Origin: Thermoflexus hugenholtzii
GTDB lineage: Bacteria; Chloroflexota; Anaerolineae; Thermoflexales; Thermoflexaceae
Assembly: GCF_018771565.1 (NCBI RefSeq)
Contig: NZ_CP076326.1
Span: forward strand, 2,733,785-2,797,784
Reading direction: 5' to 3'
Length of the DNA: 64,000 nucleotides
The notes below the pieces were generated by a model that was not told the DNA's origin, did no database searches, and saw only the letters and a program-made list of their open reading frames with translations. This document shows, in pieces, positions 8,386 through 17,600 of the stretch; the stretch's first letter is position 1, and each line of letters starts with the position of its first letter. Both the position numbers and the translations under genes were made by a program.

Positions 8386-8750
8386 TGGGGAGGGCGCGCC
8401 GGCGGCGGGATCAGCGGGGCCAGGGCCTGGTCTCCTTCGCCCTGGCTATGGTTCCTTTCTTCCTGTTGTTGCTTTACATGCTTTACGCGGGCGCCTACGC
8501 CCTGCGCTGGAGCGTCCGTTCCCGGCTGGCGGCGGAGGCCGCCTTCCGGACCTCGGCCTATCCGGGCGTGACCTCGGCGGAGATCGTCTCTGCCATCGAT
8601 CCGGCCCGCCGGGCCCTGGAGGCCCGCGTGGACGAGGTCCAGGATACCGGCGGGCGCTTCTACGGCGTCCCGATCCGCTGGCGGGTGTCCCTGCAGCTGC
8701 TCTTCCGCAAGTGGCGGTTCTGGGACGGGCCGCCGCAGGACTGGTGGTGA
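8385..8750 (+). CDS. TadE-like pseudopilin
   Basis: The start overlaps the flp stop by 1 nt. The N-terminus 'RRRRDQRGQGLVSFALAMVPFFLLLLYMLY' is the TadE-type charged segment followed by a hydrophobic one. Confidence 0.65.
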   Translation: MGRARRRRDQRGQGLVSFALAMVPFFLLLLYMLYAGAYALRWSVRSRLAAEAAFRTSAYPGVTSAEIVSAIDPARRALEARVDEVQDTGGRFYGVPIRWRVSLQLLFRKWRFWDGPPQDWW

Positions 8751-8763
8751 CGGGGGAGGACCT

Positions 8764-9162
8764 ATGCGCGGACGCCGCGGGGAGGCCCTGACCGAGCTGG
8801 CCCTGGCGCTGCCGGTGCTCGCCCTGATGTTCTGGGGGATCCTGGGCCTGATGGAGCGGGGGCGGACGGCGAATCTCGCGGTCTGGGCCGCCTACGCTTG
8901 CGCGGCCCAGGCCTCCCAGACCCCCGACGGGGCCCAGGGGCTGCGCCAGGGGGAGGCCGCCGCCCGGGCGGTGCTGGGCCGGCGACTGGTGGACGTCACC
9001 GTCCAGCACGACGGGGTCTGGGGCGGCCGGGTGGTGTGCACCGTGATCGCCCGCCCGACGCTCTTTGTTCCCCTCCTTTCGTTTCTGGGACAGGACGTCC
9101 GGGTCCGCCAGGAGACCTATATCGAACACTGGAAATCCGGCTGGCAGGAGATCCCGCCATGA
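8764..9162 (+). CDS. TadE-like pseudopilin
   Basis: 'MRGRRGEALTELALALPVLALMFWGILGL' is a typical TadE/TadF N-terminus. Confidence 0.65.
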   Translation: MRGRRGEALTELALALPVLALMFWGILGLMERGRTANLAVWAAYACAAQASQTPDGAQGLRQGEAAARAVLGRRLVDVTVQHDGVWGGRVVCTVIARPTLFVPLLSFLGQDVRVRQETYIEHWKSGWQEIPP

Positions 9163-9548
9163 GCCTGTTGCCGTTCCTGGCCCTGTATCTGGCGGTGGTG
9201 TTCGCGCCGATGACGGCCGCGATCCGGGACCTGATGGTGCACCAGATCCGCATCGAGCGGACCCGGGCGGTCCTCAACCTGGCCGTCCGGGATGGGGCTC
9301 AGATGAGCGCCCCGGACGCGGACGGGCATCTGGTGGGGGAGCCCGCCGCCATGGCGGCGCGGGTAGCGGAGATCTGGGCGGACGCCCGGATCCCCGGCGC
9401 GGTCCTGGAGGAGGTCTCCTGCATGTCTGTCCCTCCGGCCTGTGCCGCGCGCGCTCGGGTGACCACCCGGGGGTTCCTGGGGACCCTCTCCACCCGAGTG
9501 GCGATCGAGGGGACGGTGCTGGAGGGGATCCTTCAGGAAGGCCAGTGA
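9159..9548 (+). CDS. Small membrane-anchored protein, possible third pseudopilin (TadF/G-like)
   Basis: ATGA overlap with the upstream gene. N-terminal hydrophobic helix 'MSLLPFLALYLAVVFAPMTAAI'. No further motif. Confidence 0.45.
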   Translation: MSLLPFLALYLAVVFAPMTAAIRDLMVHQIRIERTRAVLNLAVRDGAQMSAPDADGHLVGEPAAMAARVAEIWADARIPGAVLEEVSCMSVPPACAARARVTTRGFLGTLSTRVAIEGTVLEGILQEGQ

Positions 9549-9584
9549 TCGCAAGATGGATTCAAAGCCGGCGAGGAGGTCGCA

Positions 9585-10601
9585 ATGTATTGGATCCGGT
9601 GGTTCTTCAAGGAGCTGTGGTGGTATCTCACGTATGAGCACTACGGCCGCCGCCGCCTGCGCCCCGCCACCTGGGGCCTGCTGTTCACCCTCCCCCTCCT
9701 GGCCGCCTTCTACCTGCTCGCCCTCTGGCTGGGCCAGCAGGCCGCCCTCCCCGGCGAGCGGCCCGCCCCCACCCTGCCGCCCCTGACGAAAACGGCGATC
9801 TTCGCCGCCGTCACCGCCACCGCCCAGGCCCCCACCCGCACCCCCGCCCCCCGGTGCCCCGAGGACCCCCGGCTGTGGCAGCTCGTTCCTCTCCAGGGGA
9901 CGCTGCGGGATCCGAAGACGGGGCAGCCCATCCAGCTGCCCAAGCCGCCCCAGCGCATCGAGCCCGCCTGCGTCTACGAGGGGCTGGCCCGGGACCTGGC
10001 CCACACCCTGGTCCCCAACCCCGACGTCCCCGCGCCCTCGGTGGAGGACAAGGTGCTCTCCGTCCCCTGGTTCTGGGCCCCTGGAATGGAGGCGCCTCAG
10101 ATCCAGGCGAAACCTGTAAAGCGAGAGAATTTCGATGTCTACTATGATGCTAAGGGGAAGCGGATTGACCACCTTTATCTGCCCTACACGGCCGTCGCCA
10201 CCGGGGATCCCGACTTCCCGATCCTGGTCTATGTCTATTCGGATGGTCCCCTGGCCTGGGGGGTGGCGCGCCAAGAGGGCCGGGAGGATATCTGGGCCCG
10301 TTACCGGATCGAAGGCGGAGAGGTTGCCCGCGGCATCCTGGCAGTAGCTTACGATCTGAAGATTCGACGCTGGGTTCGGATTGCCTACAAGCGCCCCTTT
10401 CCGCCTCGGGATATCCACGCAGCGCCGGCGGGCTCGGCGGAGGACCTGGCGAAACTGTTCGGATTGCCCCTCTGGCGGCGCTCGGAACTGCTGGCCCGCT
10501 TCGGCCTGGAGGAGATCTTCCCGGAGACGATCAACCCCTCCACCGTGAAACCCATCGGCACCCTCATCATCCGCCCGGAAGGGTCAGAGGTCAGGAGGTG
10601 A
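9585..10601 (+). CDS. Membrane-anchored hypothetical protein inside the Tad locus
   Basis: One N-terminal TM segment ('WGLLFTLPLLAAFYLLALWLG'), then a Pro/Thr/Ala linker and a globular extracytoplasmic domain. Codon usage is consistent with the neighbouring genes. Confidence 0.55.
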   Translation: MYWIRWFFKELWWYLTYEHYGRRRLRPATWGLLFTLPLLAAFYLLALWLGQQAALPGERPAPTLPPLTKTAIFAAVTATAQAPTRTPAPRCPEDPRLWQLVPLQGTLRDPKTGQPIQLPKPPQRIEPACVYEGLARDLAHTLVPNPDVPAPSVEDKVLSVPWFWAPGMEAPQIQAKPVKRENFDVYYDAKGKRIDHLYLPYTAVATGDPDFPILVYVYSDGPLAWGVARQEGREDIWARYRIEGGEVARGILAVAYDLKIRRWVRIAYKRPFPPRDIHAAPAGSAEDLAKLFGLPLWRRSELLARFGLEEIFPETINPSTVKPIGTLIIRPEGSEVRR

Positions 10602-10604
10602 AAG

Positions 10605-11960
10605 ATGGGGATGCGGTGGATTGCAATGCTTTCGGCGCTCCTGTTGCTGTTCGGGTGGGCAACCAGCCGACCCAGCCCCGTCGCTGCCCAGGGCCAGGAT
10701 CAGTGTGATGACAGCTGGAACCCCGCTTGCTTGGACCTTGAGATCCGTCAGACGCAGGACTTGGGGGCTTCGGGGCGGGAGGCGCGGCGGTGCACCGGGA
10801 CCACCCGCATCGGGGTGATCCTTCCCGGCTCCGGGCCCAATTCCTGCGTCGAGGCCCAGGCAGAGATCGACTGCGCCGGCCACGTCCAGATCACCCACCG
10901 CTTCGGCGAAGGCCCCGACTTCTGCCCCACCGCCAACGTCGCCTGGAAAACCTACTGCCTGGAGAACCCCACCCTGGGCTCCGGCGTCGGGGACAGCGCC
11001 GGCGCCTGCGCCTGGCGGGACTACTACGGCCAGACCATCCGCCTGAAGGTCCAGGTCCCACCCCACCGCTTCCGGGTCACCCCCTACCCCGTCGGCTTCG
11101 TCGCCCGGGAGGACCCCTGGGGGGTCTTCCGCCCCACCGCCCGCCTGGTCTGGGAGGAGCCCCCCTGGCCCCAATCCGCCGACTCCGGCTGGCGCCTGTG
11201 GACCTGGGGCGGAAGCCGCGGCCCCGGCGCCGCCCCCTTCCCCTGCGGGATGCGCGAGGCGGAACTGCTGGCCCACCAGGTCCCCGCCGGCACCGCCTGC
11301 CTGCGCCTCCAGCTCTGGACCGCCCCCGGCGGCTTCCAGCAGGACGCCAGCGGGATGATGGAGGCCGTCCTCCTGCCCGGTCTCCTGCAGTTCCCCGCCG
11401 CCGGCCTGGACGCCGAGGTGGCCCCCGGACGGGAGGTGGCGATCAACTTCCCCTACGCCTCCCATCCGGCCACCGGCCAGGTGAGCGAGGTGGCCTTCGG
11501 GGATCGGACGCTGCCCGCCTTCAACGGCTACTTCCAGCGGGGATGGCCCGTGCGCCTGCGGGTCGACAAAAAGACCGTGCGGGACGTCACCGGAACCCGC
11601 GCGATCTGCGAGCCCCTGCCCCGGGCGTGGTGGGGGGAGATGGACTGCTGGACCGATCCCCCCGTCGTGGCCCCGGGCCGAAGGCGGACGGAGACCTACG
11701 TGGCCCGCAAGGAGTGGGTCCTGGAGGAGGCGCGGGATGGGGTCCTGGATCTGACCCTGGAGCCCTTCGGTCGGCCCTATGCGCATCTGCATCCAGATCG
11801 GGGGCAGGTGCAGGGGCCGGAGGGGAAGGCGTGGTGGATCCCCCTGGTGTGGCGGGGGAAGATCCCCTGGCTGTATCTGCCCCTGGCGGTGCGGGAGGGG
11901 CAGGGGGTGGTGTGCTCCGACCCCACCTGCGGCGGCTACGTGAACTGGAACACACCCTAA
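10605..11960 (+). CDS. Secreted Cys-rich hypothetical protein inside the Tad locus
   Basis: Signal peptide 'MRWIAMLSALLLLFGWATSRPSPVAAQ'. At least 14 Cys residues are spread through the mature part. It starts 3 nt after the upstream stop. Confidence 0.55.
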   Translation: MGMRWIAMLSALLLLFGWATSRPSPVAAQGQDQCDDSWNPACLDLEIRQTQDLGASGREARRCTGTTRIGVILPGSGPNSCVEAQAEIDCAGHVQITHRFGEGPDFCPTANVAWKTYCLENPTLGSGVGDSAGACAWRDYYGQTIRLKVQVPPHRFRVTPYPVGFVAREDPWGVFRPTARLVWEEPPWPQSADSGWRLWTWGGSRGPGAAPFPCGMREAELLAHQVPAGTACLRLQLWTAPGGFQQDASGMMEAVLLPGLLQFPAAGLDAEVAPGREVAINFPYASHPATGQVSEVAFGDRTLPAFNGYFQRGWPVRLRVDKKTVRDVTGTRAICEPLPRAWWGEMDCWTDPPVVAPGRRRTETYVARKEWVLEEARDGVLDLTLEPFGRPYAHLHPDRGQVQGPEGKAWWIPLVWRGKIPWLYLPLAVREGQGVVCSDPTCGGYVNWNTP

Positions 11961-11976
11961 GCGGAGCGGTCTCTGG

Positions 11977-12423
11977 ATGAGCGAGCTCACCGAGGGCATG
12001 CGCTTGGCGTTCCTTACGGTGATGGTCCCTGGGATGCTCTGGGTGGATCGGCGGTGGGATCGGCCGGAGGGGCGGATCCCGGCACCGATCGCCCTCACCG
12101 TGTTGGGAGCCGGGTTGGGCTTGGCCCTGATCACACGGGACTGGACGGGCTTGATCCTGTGGCCCGCTTTCTTCTTGGGCTGGCGGGCCGGTGGGGTCGG
12201 CGCAGGGGATGCCAAGGTCTGGATGGGGCTGGCGGCGGCAGGCGGGATCGGGCCTTCGGCGGTGGGTCTGGTGGCCCTGGTGGCGCTGGCCCGCCTGCGG
12301 GCCTGGCGGATGGGCTGGGGATGGCGGGCGGGGCTCGCCCCGCGCGTGCGCGTCCCCATGTCGGCCCCAACCGCCGGCTGGGCGCTGGCGGCCGCCCTGA
12401 CCCGGATCGCTTTCGGAGGATAA
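11977..12423 (+). CDS. cpaA: Prepilin peptidase, A24 family (CpaA/TadV-like)
   Basis: 148 aa polytopic protein with 'WRAGGVGAGDAKVWMGLAAAGG' (the GxGD[AV]K aspartyl-protease motif). A first Asp region lies in 'MLWVDRRWD'. Confidence 0.75.
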   Translation: MSELTEGMRLAFLTVMVPGMLWVDRRWDRPEGRIPAPIALTVLGAGLGLALITRDWTGLILWPAFFLGWRAGGVGAGDAKVWMGLAAAGGIGPSAVGLVALVALARLRAWRMGWGWRAGLAPRVRVPMSAPTAGWALAAALTRIAFGG

Positions 12424-12435
12424 AGGCGACAGGGC

Positions 12436-13989
12436 ATGGAGCGACGGGACGAGATGTTCAGAGATGTCACGCGGAGCAAGAGAATCCTCCTGTTATTCGT
12501 CCTCATTGGGGGGATCACCCGATTGCTCCCGGTGGTTCCTTCCTCCGTCCGGGCCCAGTCGGGCTGGGTCGACGTGTTCTTCGACGACTTCAACGGGAAC
12601 ACCGGGTGGAGCATCTACCAGTTCGGAGGCGGGGATGAGATCGCCTTTTCATCAGACGGCGGGGCAACGGTGATCCGGGCCGACAACGCCTCCGCGGACG
12701 GCCCGGGGCGGGACGATTACTCCGGCTTCGCTGCCCGCTCCGTCTCCATCCCCGCCGCCTACTCCGACTATGCCGTCGAGGTCCGCCTGCGCTTCCCCGA
12801 GCGCACGCCATTCGGAATGCTGCTCTCCGTGGGGACCGGCACGCCGGCCGGCTGCTCCGGCGGCGCTTACTGGTCCTTCGTGGAGGACATCCTGCGGATC
12901 CACGCCAACAGCAGCGGCGCCCAGGTGGCGGTCTTCGAGGGGGACGTTTACGCTCCGCCGTCGCCGGAGGCCTTCTTCACGGTCCGGCTGGAGGTCTACG
13001 GCTCCTCCGGGATATGGATGCTCCTGATGGATGGAACGCCGCGGGCCTCGGGGGCGATCCCGCCGGGGGCGGGGCGGCCCGGGGGGATCCACATCGGCAA
13101 CTACCGTTATGGGTGTGCCTTCTGGGGGAACTGGACCAGCCTGCACGTGGACTACGTGCGGATCCAGGGCTATGCGGCGCCCACCCCGACCGCGACATGG
13201 ACGCCCACGCCGACGCCGACCTTCACGCCGTCGCCCACGCCCACGGATACGCCTACTCCTACGCCTACAAACACGCCGACTCCCACGCCCACCAACACGC
13301 CCACGCCGACGCCTACAACGACGAACACGCCTACTCCCACGCCTACGGATACGCCGACCCCCACGCCGACGAACACGCCGACGCCTGCGGCAACGCCGAC
13401 CTCCACCTTCGCGCCGCCTCCGCCTCCGCCGCCGCCCACGGAGACGCCAACGTCCACGCCGACGGCCACGAGGACGTCCGCTCCGACGCGGACCCGCACG
13501 CCGACGCCGACCCCGGTGCCCACGGAGACGCCCCTGCCTTCGCCCACGCCGACGGCGACGGGGACGCCGACGCCGACGCCGTCCCCTCCGCCCGCGCCGG
13601 CGCCGACGCCTTCGGCGATCTGGGGGATCGTCTTCCTGGACCGGGATGGGGACGGCCGGCTGGACCCCGACGAGCCCGGGATCCCGGGGGCTGTGGTGCA
13701 GGTGGAGGAGCAGATCCGGATCACCGGGCCCGACGGGCGCTTCCTGCTGCCGCCCGGCTCAAAGGCAGCGCTTTTGCGCCTTCCGGTTGCGGGGCGGCTG
13801 ACGGTGGCGGACGGGGTGGTGTTCGGGGTGCAGCCCCTGCGGCGGCCCCGGTGGCTGCTGGGGCTGGGGGTGGGGATGCTGCTGCTGGCGCTTTCCTGGG
13901 CCTTCAATCCCTGGGCGCGGGAGCTGCGGCGGCTTTCGGAAGACCTGAAGGGGCTGGCGAAGTTCTTTCTAAAGGCATTCCACGAATGA
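12436..13989 (+). CDS. Cell-surface protein: concanavalin/LamG-like domain, long Pro-Thr linker, SdrD-B/CarboxypepD_reg-like domain, C-terminal TM anchor
   Basis: N-terminal signal or TM segment. '[11 protein letters not shown]...[11 protein letters not shown]' resembles lectin/glucanase-fold domains. About 145 aa of (T/S)P repeats follow. '[29 protein letters not shown]' is the SdrD-B-like part, and '[18 protein letters not shown]' is the anchor. Confidence 0.6.
   Translation: MERRDEMFRDVTRSKRILLLFVLIGGITRLLPVVPSSVRAQSGWVDVFFDDFNGNTGWSIYQFGGGDEIAFSSDGGATVIRADNASADGPGRDDYSGFAARSVSIPAAYSDYAVEVRLRFPERTPFGMLLSVGTGTPAGCSGGAYWSFVEDILRIHANSSGAQVAVFEGDVYAPPSPEAFFTVRLEVYGSSGIWMLLMDGTPRASGAIPPGAGRPGGIHIGNYRYGCAFWGNWTSLHVDYVRIQGYAAPTPTATWTPTPTPTFTPSPTPTDTPTPTPTNTPTPTPTNTPTPTPTTTNTPTPTPTDTPTPTPTNTPTPAATPTSTFAPPPPPPPPTETPTSTPTATRTSAPTRTRTPTPTPVPTETPLPSPTPTATGTPTPTPSPPPAPAPTPSAIWGIVFLDRDGDGRLDPDEPGIPGAVVQVEEQIRITGPDGRFLLPPGSKAALLRLPVAGRLTVADGVVFGVQPLRRPRWLLGLGVGMLLLALSWAFNPWARELRRLSEDLKGLAKFFLKAFHE
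13180..13613 (+). repeat. Imperfect tandem ACNCCN (Thr-Pro) coding repeat
   Basis: Reiterated units such as ACGCCGACGCCTACAAACACGCCGACTCCCACGCCC encode TPTPTPT[ND]TPTPTPT... The antisense frame gives the spurious 'GVGVGV' ORF at 13170..14351. Confidence 0.9.
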
Positions 13990-14023
13990 TTCGTGTGGCA
14001 CCTTCGATTCGGGGAGGCGCGCG

Positions 14024-14563
14024 ATGACCGAGGGGGATCTGGCTCTGGGGATGCTGCTAATTTTCGGCTTTGCCCTGCTGGGGTTGGCCACCACGTGGGG
14101 CTGGGCCCGGAACGCCCGGGAGACGCGGCGGATCCGGGAGGCGCTGGAGGCCTGGGCGCTGCAGGAGCTGGCCCGCCGGCGGGAGCAGGAGGCCCGGGAG
14201 ATCCGGCCGCCGGAGGACCTGCGGGGGTATCTGGCGGATCTGCTGGCCCGGGCCGGGATGGAGGGGGTGCGGGTGCAGGAGGTGACGCCGCTTCCGGGAG
14301 GTCCGGGCTTCCGGGTGATTGCGGACGGGAAGGCCTGGATCCTTTCGCCACATCCGCCGGGGCGGGGGGAGGGGGTCGTCCTGGATGCGCTCACCACGGG
14401 GGACCGATGGGCGGCGGAGCGGCTGCGGCGGGCCCGGATGGCGGCCGAGCCCGGCCTGGCCGTCCCGCCCACGGAGCGCTGGTGGCTGGCGCCGGAGATC
14501 CGGACCTTCGCGCCCCGGCGCAACGGACGGCGGTTTTCCATCCCCTTCACGCTGCCGCGGTAG
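14024..14563 (+). CDS. Small membrane protein of unknown function, immediately upstream of the EssC-like ATPase
   Basis: N-terminal TM segment 'LALGMLLIFGFALLGLATTWGW', then a charged coiled segment and a ~100 aa C-terminal domain. Confidence 0.5.
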   Translation: MTEGDLALGMLLIFGFALLGLATTWGWARNARETRRIREALEAWALQELARRREQEAREIRPPEDLRGYLADLLARAGMEGVRVQEVTPLPGGPGFRVIADGKAWILSPHPPGRGEGVVLDALTTGDRWAAERLRRARMAAEPGLAVPPTERWWLAPEIRTFAPRRNGRRFSIPFTLPR

Positions 14564-14651
14564 ACCTCCCGGAGATGAGGGAAGCGGGGGAGCGAGGGAG
14601 CCAGGAGCGTTCGCCTCCGCACCTTTCCAGGATCTTGAAGGAGAAGGCTTT

Positions 14652-17600
14652 ATGGGCTGGGTGGAGCGGGATGGGAAAGAGATGCTGGACCCGGAGGCCC
14701 CGGTGCAGCGGATCTGGCCGGGGTTGCGGCGGTTGCCGGCGACCCCGATGGGCCTCCCGGAGCCTCCGGAGCTCCCTTCGGTGCCTCGGGCCCCCGAGCG
14801 GCCGCCTTTCTACCTCCACGCCCCCTGGGCGCTGATGGCGCTGGTCTACGGGCTGGTCGGCCCCCTGACCGGTATGCGATCCAGCTGGGTCTCGCTGCTC
14901 TTCCTCCCTCTGGCCCTGGGCTCCTCCTTCCTGGCCGCCGAGATCCAGCACCGGTGGAGTCTCTCCCGATATCGCCGGGAGCTTCAGGAGACCCTGGCCC
15001 GCTCAGAGCGGCGGCTTCGTTGTTTCCTCGAAGGAGTGGAGGCATGGCGTCAGGCAATGGAGGCCTGGGAGCGCACGCTCTTCCCTCCGTGGGAAGATCT
15101 GGAGGCCCGGCTGCGAAGCGGATCCGATCTCTGGTTCCGCCGGCCGGAGGATCCCGATTTCCTGCACGTCCGGCTGGGGCTTACCACCGAACCGCTCCGT
15201 CCCCCTCAAGGGCGCTGGTCCTCGCTGGACCCTGAGGAGGTGCCGCCGCCGTTGCGAGGGGCCGCTCACGCCGTCCGGTCGATTGCAGAGATGCGCCGGG
15301 AGGTCCCCCTCGGGCTGGACCTCCGCCGCCCGGCAGTGCTTCGGGTTTTCCCGGGACAGGAGGGAATCCTCCGGCGGATCCTCCTGGAGGTGGCGCTTGC
15401 CCATTCCCCCAGCGAGGTGGGGCTCTTCGCCGCCCTCGCCGATCCGGAATGGTCCTTCCTGCGCTGGCTGCCCCACACCGGGGAGGAACGGGAGGGATGG
15501 GCGGATGGACCCGCCGCGGTCCGGGAGCGGATCTTCGAAGAGTTCTATCGCCGACGGGGACGGGGAGAAGGGATCCTCCCTCGCATTCTGCTGTTGCTGG
15601 ACGCGGACGCGCTGGGGGATCCCCGGCTGGGGGAGCTGCTCCGGGAGGGCCCTGTCCGGGGCATCCACCCGGTTTTGATCCTTTCGCCGGGGGAGCCGGT
15701 GCCGGGGGAGGTGCGAACCGAAGCTGTCCTGTTCCCCGGGGGTGGGATCTGGATCTCCCATCGGGATGGGGGGCCGCAGGAGGGACGGGATCCCGGGCCT
15801 TTTCTGACCGCGGGGCACGCGGAGGCCCTTGCCCGGCGGTTGGCCTCGCTGCGTCCGATGGGCATGCGTCCCTCGCCCCGTCCGGTGCCTGCCCCCGCCC
15901 TGTGGGGGATCCAAGCGCGGGAGACGGCGCCGGAGGATATCCAGCGCCTCCGGGCCCTTCGCGGAAAGGCCCCCTCCCTGGCGGTCCCGCTCGGAACTGA
16001 GGAAAGCGGGGAGCCCTTTGTGCTGGATCTGCACGACCGCGCCCACGGCCCCCATGCGATGGTGATCGGGGCCACCGGGTCCGGCAAAAGCGAGGCCCTG
16101 CGCACCCTGGCCCTGGCGCTGGCCCTCCACTTCCCCCCGGAGCGGGTGCAGCTGCTGTTCATCGACTTCAAAGGGGGCGGGGCCTTCGCGCCCCTGGAGG
16201 GGCTGCCCCACTGCGTGGGGCTGCTCTCCAACCTGGACGCCCGGGAGGCCGCCCGGGCCCTGCGGACCCTGGAGGGGGAGCTGGACCGGCGGCAGCGGGT
16301 CCTGGCCGCGCGCGGGGCGGATCATGCCGACCAGATTGGGCTGCCGCATCTGGTGGTGATGGCCGACGAGTTCGCGGAGATGCTGGAGGCGATCCCGGAC
16401 GGGATGGCCCGCATGATCCGCCTGGCCCGGCTGGGCCGCAGCCTCGGGATGCATCTGGTGCTGGCCACCCAGCGGCTGGGGAGCGCGGTGCCGGCGGATC
16501 TGCGGGCGAACCTTCGGGTGCGGATCGCCCTGCGCTGCGAGACCCCGGACGAATCCGCCGCGGTGATCGGGCGGCCGGACGCGGCGTATCTGGTCGGCTC
16601 CGGGTGGGCCTTCGTCCAGGTCGGCCAGAACGAGGTGTTCCGGCGGATCCGGGTGGCCTATGTTTCGGGGCGGAGTCTCGGGGCCCGGGAGATCCTCTGG
16701 ATGGACCCCGTGGATCCCGCCCGGCGGCTGCGGCGGGAGGTGATCGGCGGCGAGGCGCGGCGGGATCTGGACGTCCTGGTGGAGGCGCTCGCCCGGATGG
16801 ACCCTCCGGCCCCGCGGCGGACGCCCCCGCCGCTGCCGGCCGATCCGGGCTTCCCGGAGGGGGAGGGGGAGCATGGGATCGGGATCGGGGTGGCGGACTA
16901 CCCGGAGATCGGCGAGATCCGCTGGATCTTCCTCACCCCCTCGGCGCCGGACTGGCGGCTGGTGGGGCAGGCGGGGACGGGGAAGACGGCGGCCCTGATG
17001 GCGGCGGCCGCCGCGGCCGCCCGGGCGGGCCGGCGGGTGGCGGTGGTGGATGGGGACGGCGGGTGGAAGGAGTGCCCATGGGTCCTTCGCGTTCTCCCCG
17101 AGGACCGGGAAGGGCTCCGCCGGTTGCTTCGAACGCTCTCCACCGATCCTTCCCCTACCGTTCTCGTTCTGGATGGCGTGGAGCGGATCCCGGAAGCGGC
17201 GATGGGGGAGCTGGAGCCGGGGCTGGAGGGCCTGACGGGACGGCCGGAGCTGTGGATCTGGACGGCCTCCCGCCGCGAGCTCCCCTTGCGTCCCTTGAGA
17301 GGCCGTCCGGCAGTTCGGGTGTTCCTCGCGCTGGATCCTCCGGAGTGGGAGGCCCTCATGGGGCGGCGCCCGATCCCGGAAGGTCCCTTTCAGGGCTGGC
17401 TGGCCGACGGAGAGGGGGGACGGGAGATCCGATTGCGACGGGCCATGGGGCCGCCGCCTCCTCCCGCTCCGCCGCTGGCCCGCTCCTGGCTCGGGCGGTG
17501 GTCGGAGCTCCCGCTCCCCACCCGCACGGAAGAGGGGTGGTGGTGGCCCCTGGGCTGGCGCGATCTCGACCTGGAGCCCATAAGCGTCCTGCTCTCCCCC

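Noticed and set aside
10584-12614. 676-aa minus-strand ORF across the Cys-rich protein and prepilin peptidase genes
   Set aside because: It is low-complexity and antisense to CDSs with a signal peptide and the GxGD motif. It also spans two plus-strand genes and their spacer, which a real gene would not do.
13180-13613. Possible CRISPR array suggested by short reiterated units
   Set aside because: The units are 6-24 nt, contiguous and in frame within a CDS, with no repeat and unique-spacer alternation. I found no CRISPR-like array anywhere else in the window.
13170-14351. 393-aa minus-strand ORF with long (GV)n / 'GVGVGV' repeats
   Set aside because: It is simply the reverse-complement reading of the Thr-Pro (ACN-CCN) repeat. 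The plus-strand protein has a signal sequence, folded domains and an anchor, so the plus frame is the real one.
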